Shown in pieces: positions 28,066 through 36,696 of a stretch of DNA of 64,000 nt. Position numbers and translations under genes: made by a program. Below the pieces are notes generated by a model. The model saw only the letters and a list, made by a program, of their open reading frames with translations. It was not told the DNA's origin and searched no databases. How positions within the stretch are numbered: position 1 is the stretch's first letter; each line of letters starts with the position of its first letter. The DNA is from Bacteroidales bacterium. GTDB taxonomy: Bacteria > Bacteroidota > Bacteroidia > Bacteroidales > UBA12077. Location: positions 1,332,933 to 1,396,932 of the forward strand of contig JAEINU010000001.1 of assembly GCA_016342685.1 (NCBI GenBank), read 5' to 3'.

Positions 28066-28074
28066 ACGACAAAT

Positions 28075-28114
28075 GTATAACTATTATTTTAGTTACACAA
28101 CTATTAAAATAGTT
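28075..28114. promoter_or_regulatory. Candidate BlaI-type operators (two ACTA/TAGT palindromes)
   Basis: GTATAACTA-TTATTT-TAGTTACAC (28075-28098) and AACTATT-AA-AATAGTT (28099-28114). They begin 10 nt upstream of the repressor start codon. Confidence 0.45.
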
Positions 28115-28312
28115 TACTCATTAATTTCTTTAAAAAAAATAATATCCATTTATGTCAAGTCAAAAAACACAACTCCTAAACCATTCTATTTGTGTTATTT
28201 ATACTCATTTTTATTATGAAAATTAAATTCTGTCTACCATCAACTTCTTAAATATTTCAACTAAAAATGCCTATTTAAAAGTATTATTGGATGTAACTAA
28301 AAACTATCTAAA

Positions 28313-29323
28313 ATGAGAAAGAAACTAAAATTTATTTTGATTTTACTCTTTATTATCTCCATCGGATGTGAAGAAGATTACACAATTGAAAAAGAAACTA
28401 TAAGCAGTATTGAAAAAAATACAAAGCTTAAAACTACCTCGGCAACATCAGGAATAACTTTACATTTTCAGGAATGGCTCAGTTATAATAATTACGACAA
28501 TTACGACTTTTTAAGGAATGATTTAGAAGGCGGAAGCTTCGGTGGAAAACTAGACGGTTGCGATGAAATTACCAATCAACCTGTGATTTTTATTCACGGA
28601 AATTCAGACAAAGCACTTGGTGATGTTTTCGGACAAAGCGGATGGACAGCTTCTGTAGATTACTTTAAAACCAACGGCTATACAAATGCCGAATTATATG
28701 GTTTTACTTGGGGACCTGCAAATGTTTTACTTTCTGCTCAACAAACTCATTCGTACGAATATCTTTCAAAAATCAGAGCATTTATAATTGCTGTACAACA
28801 ATATACAGGAGCTGAAAAAGTTGATATTATTGGACACTCTATGGGAGTTACGCTCGCTCGCAAAGCCATAAAAGGAGGAGATTGTTATGATCAAACTACT
28901 GATACTTATATTAATTTAGGATCTCCCTTAACTGATATTGTAGATACTTTTGTTGGTATTGCAGGTGCAAACCGAGGTTTAGTTTCTTGCTATATGGTTT
29001 CTGGATCAACAGCAACCTGCAATGATGAAGTAGGATTGTATCCTGGTTATCTATTCTGGGGAATGGGTCCTTATGGAGTTTCGGATATTCTTGTTGATAT
29101 TAATAGTACTCAAAATTACGAAGGCGATAATATTTACACAATATGGTCTACTGTAGACGAAATAATTGGATATGGATGTTTGGTGTATGGCCAATATACT
29201 ACAAGAATTCCAGGCCAAGATGGGGAAAAAGTCTTTAATTCTGTTCCTTTCGGGCACTATAACTCAAAAGACCTAACCACTAATTATCAATTAAATATGG
29301 TGAAAAATCATCAGGTTAACTAA
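28313..29323 (+). CDS. Secreted lipoprotein lipase/esterase (alpha/beta hydrolase, Lipase_2-like)
   Basis: Lipobox LFIISIGC. VIFIHGNSD oxyanion region. Nucleophile elbow IIGHSMGV. C-terminal His in FGHYN. Confidence 0.7.
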   Translation: MRKKLKFILILLFIISIGCEEDYTIEKETISSIEKNTKLKTTSATSGITLHFQEWLSYNNYDNYDFLRNDLEGGSFGGKLDGCDEITNQPVIFIHGNSDKALGDVFGQSGWTASVDYFKTNGYTNAELYGFTWGPANVLLSAQQTHSYEYLSKIRAFIIAVQQYTGAEKVDIIGHSMGVTLARKAIKGGDCYDQTTDTYINLGSPLTDIVDTFVGIAGANRGLVSCYMVSGSTATCNDEVGLYPGYLFWGMGPYGVSDILVDINSTQNYEGDNIYTIWSTVDEIIGYGCLVYGQYTTRIPGQDGEKVFNSVPFGHYNSKDLTTNYQLNMVKNHQVN

Positions 29324-29332
29324 GATATAAGA

Positions 29333-29490
29333 AAGGAAACTGTCCAAAAAATCTTACTTTGTCATCCCAACTTAATTGGGGATCTTAAAACAGTCATATT
29401 TACTATTAAGTATAAGATTCCCCTTTTACTTACTTCATTCGTGAGAGAAGTTCAAGAGAATGACAGTTTTAGGACTTTTTGGACACCCTC
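29333..29490. repeat. MITE-like element copy A with GTCATCCCAACTTAATTGGGGATC core and GGTGTCCAAAAAGT-type terminal inverted repeats
   Basis: The left end CTGTCCAAAAAATC pairs with the right end GACTTTTTGGACACCCTC. Internal blocks (GTCATCCC..GGGGATC, GATTCCCCTTTT, AATGACAGTTTT) recur in copy B at 37996-38127. Confidence 0.6.
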
Positions 29491-29608
29491 TTCTATTATA
29501 ATCCGATACAAAATAATCTTCACTCACCTTTACTCGTATTTCATCAGCCCTGTAATATTAAGTTAATTAACATGTTTTAACCTATTTCAATATTTTTTAA
29601 AAGATAGA

Positions 29609-30442
29609 TTGAACATATTTGTAGATACTAATATTAACCTTGTGAGATACCTTTCATATTGTACATTTTTAATTGTTCTATTTTCTATTAAAACAATCTA
29701 TTCTCAATCTGAATTTGAGCATATCGATGTTATAAGTGGAATAATTATAGATGACTCAAATGGAACTGAAATACCTCTGGCTCATATTTTTAACGAAAGC
29801 GAGAGAACGTGGGTACATGCAAAAGAAAACGGACATTTCTCTATTTGGGCAGATATAAATGATACACTACTTATAAGTGCTGTTGGTTTTGAATATAAGA
29901 TTATTGTTCTTAACGATTCATTATTACAAAGTGATTATATTCAAATAAAATTGAAGCCACAAATTTATGAAATAGGAGAAGCAACTGTTAAAAGCTTAAA
30001 GAACTACACTGCATTCAGACAAGATATTCTAAATCTTGATCTTCCAAAAACTGAACTTGACAGTGTGAGCGAAGAATTGTCTAAAACTTCTAAAGAAGTT
30101 GCAATACAAGCCGATTATGATAAAAAAATCGAAGATGTATTTAATCGACAAAAAGGAACTCTATTCGTGCTTAGCTCTCCGTTTCGGAGCAAAACAGAAA
30201 AGGATATGCGAAAACTAAAAAAGATTAGAACAAAGGAAGAAGAACAAAACTTAATGAATCAAAAATACAATCGAGAGATTGTAAAGAAGTACACCAACCT
30301 CAATGAAAATGAAATAATTCCATTTATGAACTTCTGTAATTTCAGCAATGAATTTATTCTGGAATCGAATGAATATGCTATTGCTGAAGCTATTAATAAT
30401 AAACTTGAAATGTATAAGAATCATAATCCTATTAAGAATTAA
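29609..30442 (+). CDS. Hypothetical membrane-anchored protein with a CarboxypepD_reg-like N-terminal domain
   Basis: Signal/anchor YCTFLIVLFSIKTIYSQ. The pattern GIIIDDSNGTEIPLAHIFNE...GHFSIWADINDTLLISAVGFEY fits the carboxypeptidase-regulatory-like fold. There is no ATG near the 5' end, so the start is TTG at 29609 or GTG at 29643. Confidence 0.5.
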   Translation: MNIFVDTNINLVRYLSYCTFLIVLFSIKTIYSQSEFEHIDVISGIIIDDSNGTEIPLAHIFNESERTWVHAKENGHFSIWADINDTLLISAVGFEYKIIVLNDSLLQSDYIQIKLKPQIYEIGEATVKSLKNYTAFRQDILNLDLPKTELDSVSEELSKTSKEVAIQADYDKKIEDVFNRQKGTLFVLSSPFRSKTEKDMRKLKKIRTKEEEQNLMNQKYNREIVKKYTNLNENEIIPFMNFCNFSNEFILESNEYAIAEAINNKLEMYKNHNPIKN

Positions 30443-30516
30443 TAATATCTTCCTCTTTGTTTCGCTTCCACATTCAATTTACCTTAACCTTTCCTATATC
30501 GTTAGAAATTCCATTC

Positions 30517-30610
30517 ACTCAAAATAAGTTACCATTTACTAAGTTATCCATCCCCTCTGCTCATCTCTTTTTTTCAAATAAGAACATGATTATATATTTG
30601 ATTATCAAAA
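30517..30610 (+). promoter_or_regulatory. Promoter region of the stefin-like gene (copy 1 of a ~100-bp direct repeat; -7 box TATATTTG, palindrome TTTGATTATCAAA)
   Basis: ACTCAAAATAAGTTACCATTTAC...ATATTTGATTATCAAAA. TATATTTG matches TAnnTTTG and lies ~30 nt before the ATG. The second copy is at 31214-31317. Confidence 0.5.
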
Positions 30611-30628
30611 TTTAAAAACCCTAAAAAA

Positions 30629-30934
30629 ATGGAAACAAAAACAAAAAAAGAAACGACAGAAGAGGTAATACCCGGAGCATATACTCCTTTTCATTGTGTA
30701 TCAGAACAAGAAAAAAATCTTTTTGAAAAAGTTATTAAAAATCTTCAAGGCGTTAAATATGATCCTGTATTAGTTTCAAGTCAGCTTGTTGCTGGTACAA
30801 ATTACAAATTCTTCTGTAATGCAAAGATTGTTTATCCTGATGCACCTTGGTATACTGCAATGGTAATGATATTCGAACCATTACCAGGAAAAGGAGAACC
30901 ATATGTTACAGAAATAAAAAAAATCACTTATTAA
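30629..30934 (+). CDS. Stefin/cystatin-like protein (putative papain-family cysteine protease inhibitor)
   Basis: 101 aa with no signal peptide. N-terminal VIPGA (stefin MIPGG). First hairpin QLVAGTNY (stefin A QVVAGTNY). Second hairpin PLPGKG (stefin A SLPGQN). The order and spacing are stefin-like. Confidence 0.65.
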   Translation: METKTKKETTEEVIPGAYTPFHCVSEQEKNLFEKVIKNLQGVKYDPVLVSSQLVAGTNYKFFCNAKIVYPDAPWYTAMVMIFEPLPGKGEPYVTEIKKITY

Positions 30935-30981
30935 TAAAGACTTCTTGTATAGAAGAGTATTATTATCGTGTAAATAATCAA

Positions 30982-31027
30982 AAATCAAAGTCCAGCTAAA
31001 ATTAAAAATCTAGCTGGACTTTGATTT
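30982..31027 (+). terminator. Hairpin terminator after the stefin-like gene
   Basis: AAATCAAAGTCCAGCTA-(12 nt)-TAGCTGGACTTTGATTT, a perfect 17-bp stem. Confidence 0.7.
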
Positions 31028-31213
31028 CATAAACCTTAGTTTGCATCTTACATTACTCATGTTGACTCTAAGCAGATTTTCACCTAGATTACACAAATAT
31101 TGAGCGTTTTGTAAACAGAATCTAATCCTTCAAACTCGACTTACATCAAAAGCATAAAAAACCACTGAACATTGCAATAATCTTCCAGTTAACATTTTAT
31201 CGAGATTCTATTT

Positions 31214-31317
31214 ACTCAAAATAATTCATCATTTACAAAATCTTTCTTACTCCCTACTCATTTAATTTTCACGCATCAGAATTTGATTTGATATTTGATT
31301 ATCAAAACACATCAACA
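31214..31317 (+). repeat. Copy 2 of the stefin-gene promoter region
   Basis: ACTCAAAATAATTCATCATTTAC...GATATTTGATTATCAAAA. By eye about 70% identical to 30517-30610, with a ~10-nt indel. It lies 245 nt upstream of the Cys-rich ORF. Confidence 0.5.
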
Positions 31318-31561
31318 AAATAGATAAATCAATAATCCATGAATCATAAACTCAATAAATATGTATTAACTAATTATTCTGAAATTAACCCTTGGTAGCC
31401 AATGTTTAATTTCCGAGGCATACTTCTACCTCGTCATCAAAGAGCATCTGTGAATATAGTAAATCACATAAAAAACTAACCTGATCCACACCGGTTTAAT
31501 ATTGTGGAGGCGAAACCCGAAAAGTCTTATAAGTAGGGAATAAACAATTAATCTATAAATT

Positions 31562-31918
31562 ATGGAAATCTATAAATTTAGTAAAGAATCTATTTCAAAC
31601 GCAACTGAAGCTGCTAAAAAAACACACGAAGAAACTCAAATGAACGCAACAGAACATGACTTTAATATTCACAAAGGCGGATGTCTTCTTGTTGCTGCTG
31701 AATGCATATCGGTTAAAATTGAGAATCATAAGATTTGTATTGATCTACCTCTTGGCCTTGGAAAACATTGTATCAGTATTCCAGTGAGTATTCCTGATGG
31801 GACTGTAGGTAAAGCTTGCTTGTCTATTTGTACTACATGGGGGATTCCTACTGGTGTTAAAGTATCCGTTATAATAGGGGGAGTAACAATAATTACTCAA
31901 TCATTTGGAAAATGTTAA
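31562..31918 (+). CDS. Small Cys-rich protein of unknown function (118 aa, 7 Cys)
   Basis: A polar 40-aa N-terminus ends in IHKGG. It is followed by a 78-aa hydrophobic Cys-containing part (CLLVAAEC, HKIC, GKHC, GKAC, SIC, terminal GKC). I recognise no family. Confidence 0.45.
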   Translation: MEIYKFSKESISNATEAAKKTHEETQMNATEHDFNIHKGGCLLVAAECISVKIENHKICIDLPLGLGKHCISIPVSIPDGTVGKACLSICTTWGIPTGVKVSVIIGGVTIITQSFGKC

Positions 31919-31938
31919 TCAATTAAATTTACGATACT

Positions 31939-32700
31939 TTAAATAACTGTAAACTTCTTAAACACCTCATCCCGGTGAACTTTGCTTACCGGGATTTGTT
32001 TATCATTAATACATAATGTGTTGCCTATAAATCCTGTTATATTCTCAATATTTACTACATAGGATCTATGTACTCTCATAAATTGATTTTCGGGAAGTTT
32101 TTGTTCTATCTTTTTTAATACAATCGAATACATAAATTTATCGCTATTTGTGTAAATACAAGTATAATTACTACAGGCCTCAAGCCACATAATATCCTTT
32201 AAATCTACACGTTCAAAATAACTATCTCGCTTTTTTAAAAACAAGCTGTCTTTTAATTGAAGTACTTGATTATCATCTTCGGAAAAAGCGCAACTTGTTG
32301 AAATATCTTCTGCCGGTGCAGAATTAGAGAAATTAATTAAGGCCATTTCTATAGCAACTTGAACTTGCCTGTCATTAAAAGGTTTAAGCATATAAGCATA
32401 AGGTTTCACTTTTTTTGCTCTTTCAACCAAAGGCTTATTTGCATATGAAGATAAAAACAAGAAAGGAATGTTAAATCGCTCATTAATAATTTCAGCAAGG
32501 TCAATTCCATCAAGTTCACCATGAAGAAAGATATCTAGAATAGCCACATCAACCCTTTTATTTTGTAAAATCACCAATGCCTCATCAACGTTAGCAGCTA
32601 TCCCGGCAATTAAATAACCAGCTTCTGTAAGCCGCAAAGCAATATCCTCAGCCAAAGTAATTTCATCTTCTACAATTAACAATCTTATTTTTTCACTCAT
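31939..32700 (-). CDS. LytTR-family response regulator
   Basis: REC domain (LLIVEDE...AILDIFL). C-terminal LytTR domain (IMWLEACSNYTCIYT...MRVHRSYVVNIENI). Confidence 0.9.
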   Translation of the reverse strand: MSEKIRLLIVEDEITLAEDIALRLTEAGYLIAGIAANVDEALVILQNKRVDVAILDIFLHGELDGIDLAEIINERFNIPFLFLSSYANKPLVERAKKVKPYAYMLKPFNDRQVQVAIEMALINFSNSAPAEDISTSCAFSEDDNQVLQLKDSLFLKKRDSYFERVDLKDIMWLEACSNYTCIYTNSDKFMYSIVLKKIEQKLPENQFMRVHRSYVVNIENITGFIGNTLCINDKQIPVSKVHRDEVFKKFTVI

Positions 32701-32716
32701 TTTTTTTAAAATAGTA

Positions 32717-34498
32717 TTAATTTAAGATAGTAATATTCCAACTGCAACCCTTATTATTTATGCATTCCAATTTACCATTCAATTGCTTGAGTAATGAATT
32801 AACAAGTTTAAGTCCAAATGAATCTGGTTTACCATTTGAGTTTATATCTGCAATTCCTTCTCCATTATCTGTAATTGAAATAATAAGCTGATTGTTGTTT
32901 TGCTTAATGGCAATATCCATCACAGGATTTGTTTCTTTACTAAATGCATGTTTTAGCGCATTTGTCACTAATTCATTTACAATTAACCCTAAAGGTATTG
33001 CTGTATCAATATCAACTTCTATAAGCTCTAATTCTAAATTAAGTTTTACATTTTTATCAAAACAATAAACCAAATTCATAGTCAATTCTTCAATATATTC
33101 GTTCAAGGCTATTTTTGTATTATAATCTTCCTGATATAATTTTTGATGAACCAAAGAAAGAGCTTCTACCCTATATTTTCCTGCTTTTAAAGATTCTGCC
33201 GCTGGATGCCCTTTTAACTGATGCGATTGTAGATTCAATAAACTAGAAATCATCTGCAGGTTATTCTTAACACGATGATTTAACTCCTTTAATAAAAGGG
33301 CCTTTTCCTCTTCGCGTTCCTGAATAATTTCTTTTTGTTCGTTTAGAATAAGATTTACTTTCTTTGACTTTTTATAAAGACGAAACAAAAAAAACGTTAA
33401 AACAATAAATACAAAAGCACCAAACGCTAAACAATAACCAATGCTTTTCTGTATTTTGTTTGTTTTATTAAGGAAATTTATTTCAGTTTCCTTCTTTTCT
33501 ATTTCATATTCTCCTCGTAACTGCTCTATTTTTCGAACATTTTCATAATTTATAATACTATCTCTATAAATCTCAAAATCTTTTCGGTATGCAAGGGCAT
33601 ATTTATACTGTTCGATAGATTCGTGGTAAAATGCGAGCTTCTTACTAATGTCGCAAATCTGTTCTTTAAGCCCTTCTTTTTGTGCAATTACTAAACTTTG
33701 CAACAATAGTTTTTCTCCAGATTTACCATTGCCTTCTTTAATTAAAACATCTCCCATTTCTGATTTATAGACAGCAATAGAATAAGGATCTCCTAAATTT
33801 TCAAGAATAACAATCGCTTGTTTTAACTCATTTTTAGCTAAAACCAAATTATTCTCAATAGCATGAACCATTCCTAAATTACCAATTGCATATGCAAAAA
33901 TCAAATCACTATTAAGATGATTGTTGACTTGTAAACTTTTATTAAAACAAATCTTGGCACTATCAAGAACATCAATTAACCTGTATGCTTCACCAAGGTT
34001 TATATTAAGAGCCGCTATATTAAAAGAGTCTGCCAATTCATCATAAATTAACAGGCTCTTTGTTAAAAACTTAATTCCTTCTTTAAAATTTTTGTTATCG
34101 ATATGCAATACCCCCAACTGCGAATTTATAGCTGCTTGAGATCTAACCAACTTTAAGTCTTCATATAATTTCAGGGCTTTTAGCGATGCATTAAAAGATG
34201 CAATACTATTTCCCATATATCTATGATTTAAGCCTATCTCTTCATAAGATTTTGCAATTAGAGCCTTGTTATCATGCTCTTGAGCAAGAAGCAATGCTTT
34301 TTGAGCATACTCTAAACCCTCGTGAGGCGTTCCATATTTAGCGATGCTCAAATTAGTTATTATCTCTTGCTCTAAATCAAGTTTTTGGTTTTCTAACAAG
34401 AAAATCAGACTATCCGCTTTTTGTCTATCCTGAGTATAAGCTAGACTTACCGTAAAAATAGAAACAAACAGAAATATATTTATTATTTTACTTCCCAC
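32717..34498 (-). CDS. TPR-repeat sensor histidine kinase (HisKA_2-type H-box)
   Basis: Signal peptide. ~330 aa of TPR-like repeats. One TM segment (IGYCLAFGAFVFIVLTFFLF). H-box LNHRVKNNLQMISSLLNLQ. HATPase boxes VNELVTNALKHAF and DNGEG. Confidence 0.85.
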   Translation of the reverse strand: MGSKIINIFLFVSIFTVSLAYTQDRQKADSLIFLLENQKLDLEQEIITNLSIAKYGTPHEGLEYAQKALLLAQEHDNKALIAKSYEEIGLNHRYMGNSIASFNASLKALKLYEDLKLVRSQAAINSQLGVLHIDNKNFKEGIKFLTKSLLIYDELADSFNIAALNINLGEAYRLIDVLDSAKICFNKSLQVNNHLNSDLIFAYAIGNLGMVHAIENNLVLAKNELKQAIVILENLGDPYSIAVYKSEMGDVLIKEGNGKSGEKLLLQSLVIAQKEGLKEQICDISKKLAFYHESIEQYKYALAYRKDFEIYRDSIINYENVRKIEQLRGEYEIEKKETEINFLNKTNKIQKSIGYCLAFGAFVFIVLTFFLFRLYKKSKKVNLILNEQKEIIQEREEEKALLLKELNHRVKNNLQMISSLLNLQSHQLKGHPAAESLKAGKYRVEALSLVHQKLYQEDYNTKIALNEYIEELTMNLVYCFDKNVKLNLELELIEVDIDTAIPLGLIVNELVTNALKHAFSKETNPVMDIAIKQNNNQLIISITDNGEGIADINSNGKPDSFGLKLVNSLLKQLNGKLECINNKGCSWNITILN

Positions 34499-34563
34499 AG
34501 ATTTTTTCCTTTTTTTTATTCCTTTAATTTAACATAGTCCTCAAAAGCATTAATTGATTCAAT

Positions 34564-35163
34564 TTATGGTTGAGGAACAGGATCATCAGACCTTACTTTT
34601 ATAAAAGGATCAATCTTTCCATATCTTGCTATTCCTTCATAATCAGTAAATTTAAAATTAATGGAGTAACTGAGCTTAGCATAATTAATATCTTCGCGAG
34701 ATATAGACGAAGGTTGAGTGGTAATTACAAAAGTCATTTTATTTTCTTTTTCTTCTTCTTCAGATAGTCTTAATCGACCATTCTGATCAACATCAAGATT
34801 ATTATCCCAAACAAATAATTTTTCCCATTCTTTTTGGTCAGGATAACTTTTATCTTTTTCTTTTTGCACCATTTCCATTGTGATGATATTCTTGACACCA
34901 TCATTATTTAATGTTAAGCTCCAATTATCTGAAGTTTCATTTAAAATACGTACTTGCCACGTATACCTACAATCCTGTTCCATTATAAGTATACGTCCAT
35001 CTGGACCAGTAAACGTACTATTTGATGCTGTTAATATAGAAAATGAATCTGCATTGCAGGGATATTCAGGATTACCCCATTCTTCATTATTAGCATCCTT
35101 GTAAAAATCTATTAAACTTTCAATATCAATACTAGTATTCAATGTAACTTCTTTCATAATCAT
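34564..35163 (-). CDS. Hypothetical cytoplasmic protein, first gene of the TPR-HK/LytTR operon
   Basis: 199-aa ORF with a 65-nt gap to the HK gene on the same strand. No signal peptide and no motif that I recognise. Acidic stretch SEEEEKENK. Confidence 0.5.
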   Translation of the reverse strand: MIMKEVTLNTSIDIESLIDFYKDANNEEWGNPEYPCNADSFSILTASNSTFTGPDGRILIMEQDCRYTWQVRILNETSDNWSLTLNNDGVKNIITMEMVQKEKDKSYPDQKEWEKLFVWDNNLDVDQNGRLRLSEEEEKENKMTFVITTQPSSISREDINYAKLSYSINFKFTDYEGIARYGKIDPFIKVRSDDPVPQP

Positions 35164-35428
35164 TTGTCTTTAAGTTGTAAATATTTTCTGAAATAATTAT
35201 ACGAAAATTACACAATATTGTCTAATATTAAACTATTATTTCTAAACATTTTTTCTAAAAAAAAGTTAGGTGTAATAAATAAAATATAATCATGAAACAA
35301 TTAATTATACTTTTCAATTATTATTTTATAGAAAAATACCATTAATTGTACACTCACACCTTCAAAAAACAACATTCTTAAAAATAAATATTACTTAAAC
35401 TAAAAAGAAACTTGTTCAAAATTTGTTT

Positions 35429-35468
35429 GTCACCTTAAAGTGACTTACTTTTGTCACCAGTTAGTGAT
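35429..35468 (+). promoter_or_regulatory. Two tandem TetR-type operator palindromes flanking a -7 box
   Basis: GTCAC-CTTAAA-GTGAC (35429-35444). TACTTTTG -7 box (35446-35453). GTCAC-CAGTTA-GTGAT (35453-35468). The ATG is at 35483. Confidence 0.55.
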
Positions 35469-35482
35469 ATAATTTTTTACTT

Positions 35483-36109
35483 ATGGCAAAAACAGAAAGA
35501 AATAAAGAGCAAACCAAGCAGAAATTTATTGATGCTGTTAGTAAAATCATTGTAAGAGATGGTTTTAAAGCAATCGGAATTAATACAATATCCAAGGAAG
35601 CAGGTTTAGACAAAGTGCTAATTTATAGATATTTTGATGGACTCGACGGACTTCTCCACGCCTTTGCAAAGCAAAAAGATTTCTACATTAACATTTCTGA
35701 GGAAATTTATAAAAGCATTGAAAATGCCTCAAAAGATGACGTAAAGCAGCTGGTAGTTGTTGTATTAAACAATCAACTTCGAGAACTCAGATCTAATAAA
35801 GAATTACAAGAATTAATGCTTTGGGAAATGATCGAACGAAACGAGTTGACAATTGCTATTGCAAAAGAACGCGAAAAAAAGGGATATGAGTTAAGCAAAA
35901 AATTGAAAGAGAAAATGAATATACCCGATGCTGAACTAGATGTTGATGCTATCATGTCAATTCTGGTTTCGGGTTTATACTATTTAGCATTGCGATCAAG
36001 AACCGTTGATGTATTTAATGGTGTGGAAATTGACACCAATGCTGGATGGTTAAGAATTGAAAGTGCAATACAAACAATTGTCAACAACTTATTTAATTCA
36101 ATTAACTAA
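35483..36109 (+). CDS. TetR/AcrR-family transcriptional regulator
   Basis: N-terminal HTH KQKFIDAVSKIIVRDGFKAIGINTISKEAGLDKVLIYRYF. Confidence 0.85.
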   Translation: MAKTERNKEQTKQKFIDAVSKIIVRDGFKAIGINTISKEAGLDKVLIYRYFDGLDGLLHAFAKQKDFYINISEEIYKSIENASKDDVKQLVVVVLNNQLRELRSNKELQELMLWEMIERNELTIAIAKEREKKGYELSKKLKEKMNIPDAELDVDAIMSILVSGLYYLALRSRTVDVFNGVEIDTNAGWLRIESAIQTIVNNLFNSIN

Positions 36110-36115
36110 AAAGTT

Positions 36116-36685
36116 ATGAAAACATTGGTATTAAATGGAAGTCCAAAAAAGAATGGAACCGTTGCAAAACTTCTTAAAAGTATTGTTACAGATCTTGAAA
36201 CTAAAGAAACTCTAGATTGGGTAAATGTTTATGATTTAAATTTAAAACCCTGTATTGGCTGCATGAAATGCCGAGATACTTTGGTTTGTTGCTTACCAGA
36301 AGACAACGCACATAAAATGGCAACTTTAATTAATAATGTTGATAATCTTATAATAGGTACACCGACTTATTGGGGGAACATGAGTGCTCAATTAAAAATG
36401 CTTCTGGAACGAGTTGTTCCTGTTTTTATGGGCGAATCTGCTAAAGGCATACCAATTCCAAAGCAAAAAGGTAAAAAAGCTATTATTGTAACGGCTTGTA
36501 CTACTCCTTACCCATTTAATTTCATATTAGCAGAAAGCAGAGGTGCTGTAAATTCTGTAAAAGAGATTTTAAAATACGGTGGATATAAGATTATTGGAAA
36601 ATTGGTTAAGCCAGGTTCAAAAAACAATTCAAAAATAAATTCACGATTAATTAATAAAGCTCACAAATTAGGTTCTAAAATCTAG
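36116..36685 (+). CDS. Iron-sulfur flavoprotein (Isf)-like flavodoxin-family FMN reductase
   Basis: MKTLVLNGSPKKNGT flavodoxin-like N-terminus. Compact cluster motif CIGCMKCRDTLVC (CX2CX2CX5C), as in Isf proteins. Confidence 0.7.
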   Translation: MKTLVLNGSPKKNGTVAKLLKSIVTDLETKETLDWVNVYDLNLKPCIGCMKCRDTLVCCLPEDNAHKMATLINNVDNLIIGTPTYWGNMSAQLKMLLERVVPVFMGESAKGIPIPKQKGKKAIIVTACTTPYPFNFILAESRGAVNSVKEILKYGGYKIIGKLVKPGSKNNSKINSRLINKAHKLGSKI

Positions 36686-36696
36686 GAGGTTAAAAA

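Noticed and set aside
30526-30551. The direct repeat TAAGTTAC/TAAGTTAT (15-nt period) in promoter copy 1 as a LytTR binding site.
   Set aside because: The spacing does not match the ~21-nt period of known LytTR sites, and the repeat is not conserved in copy 2.
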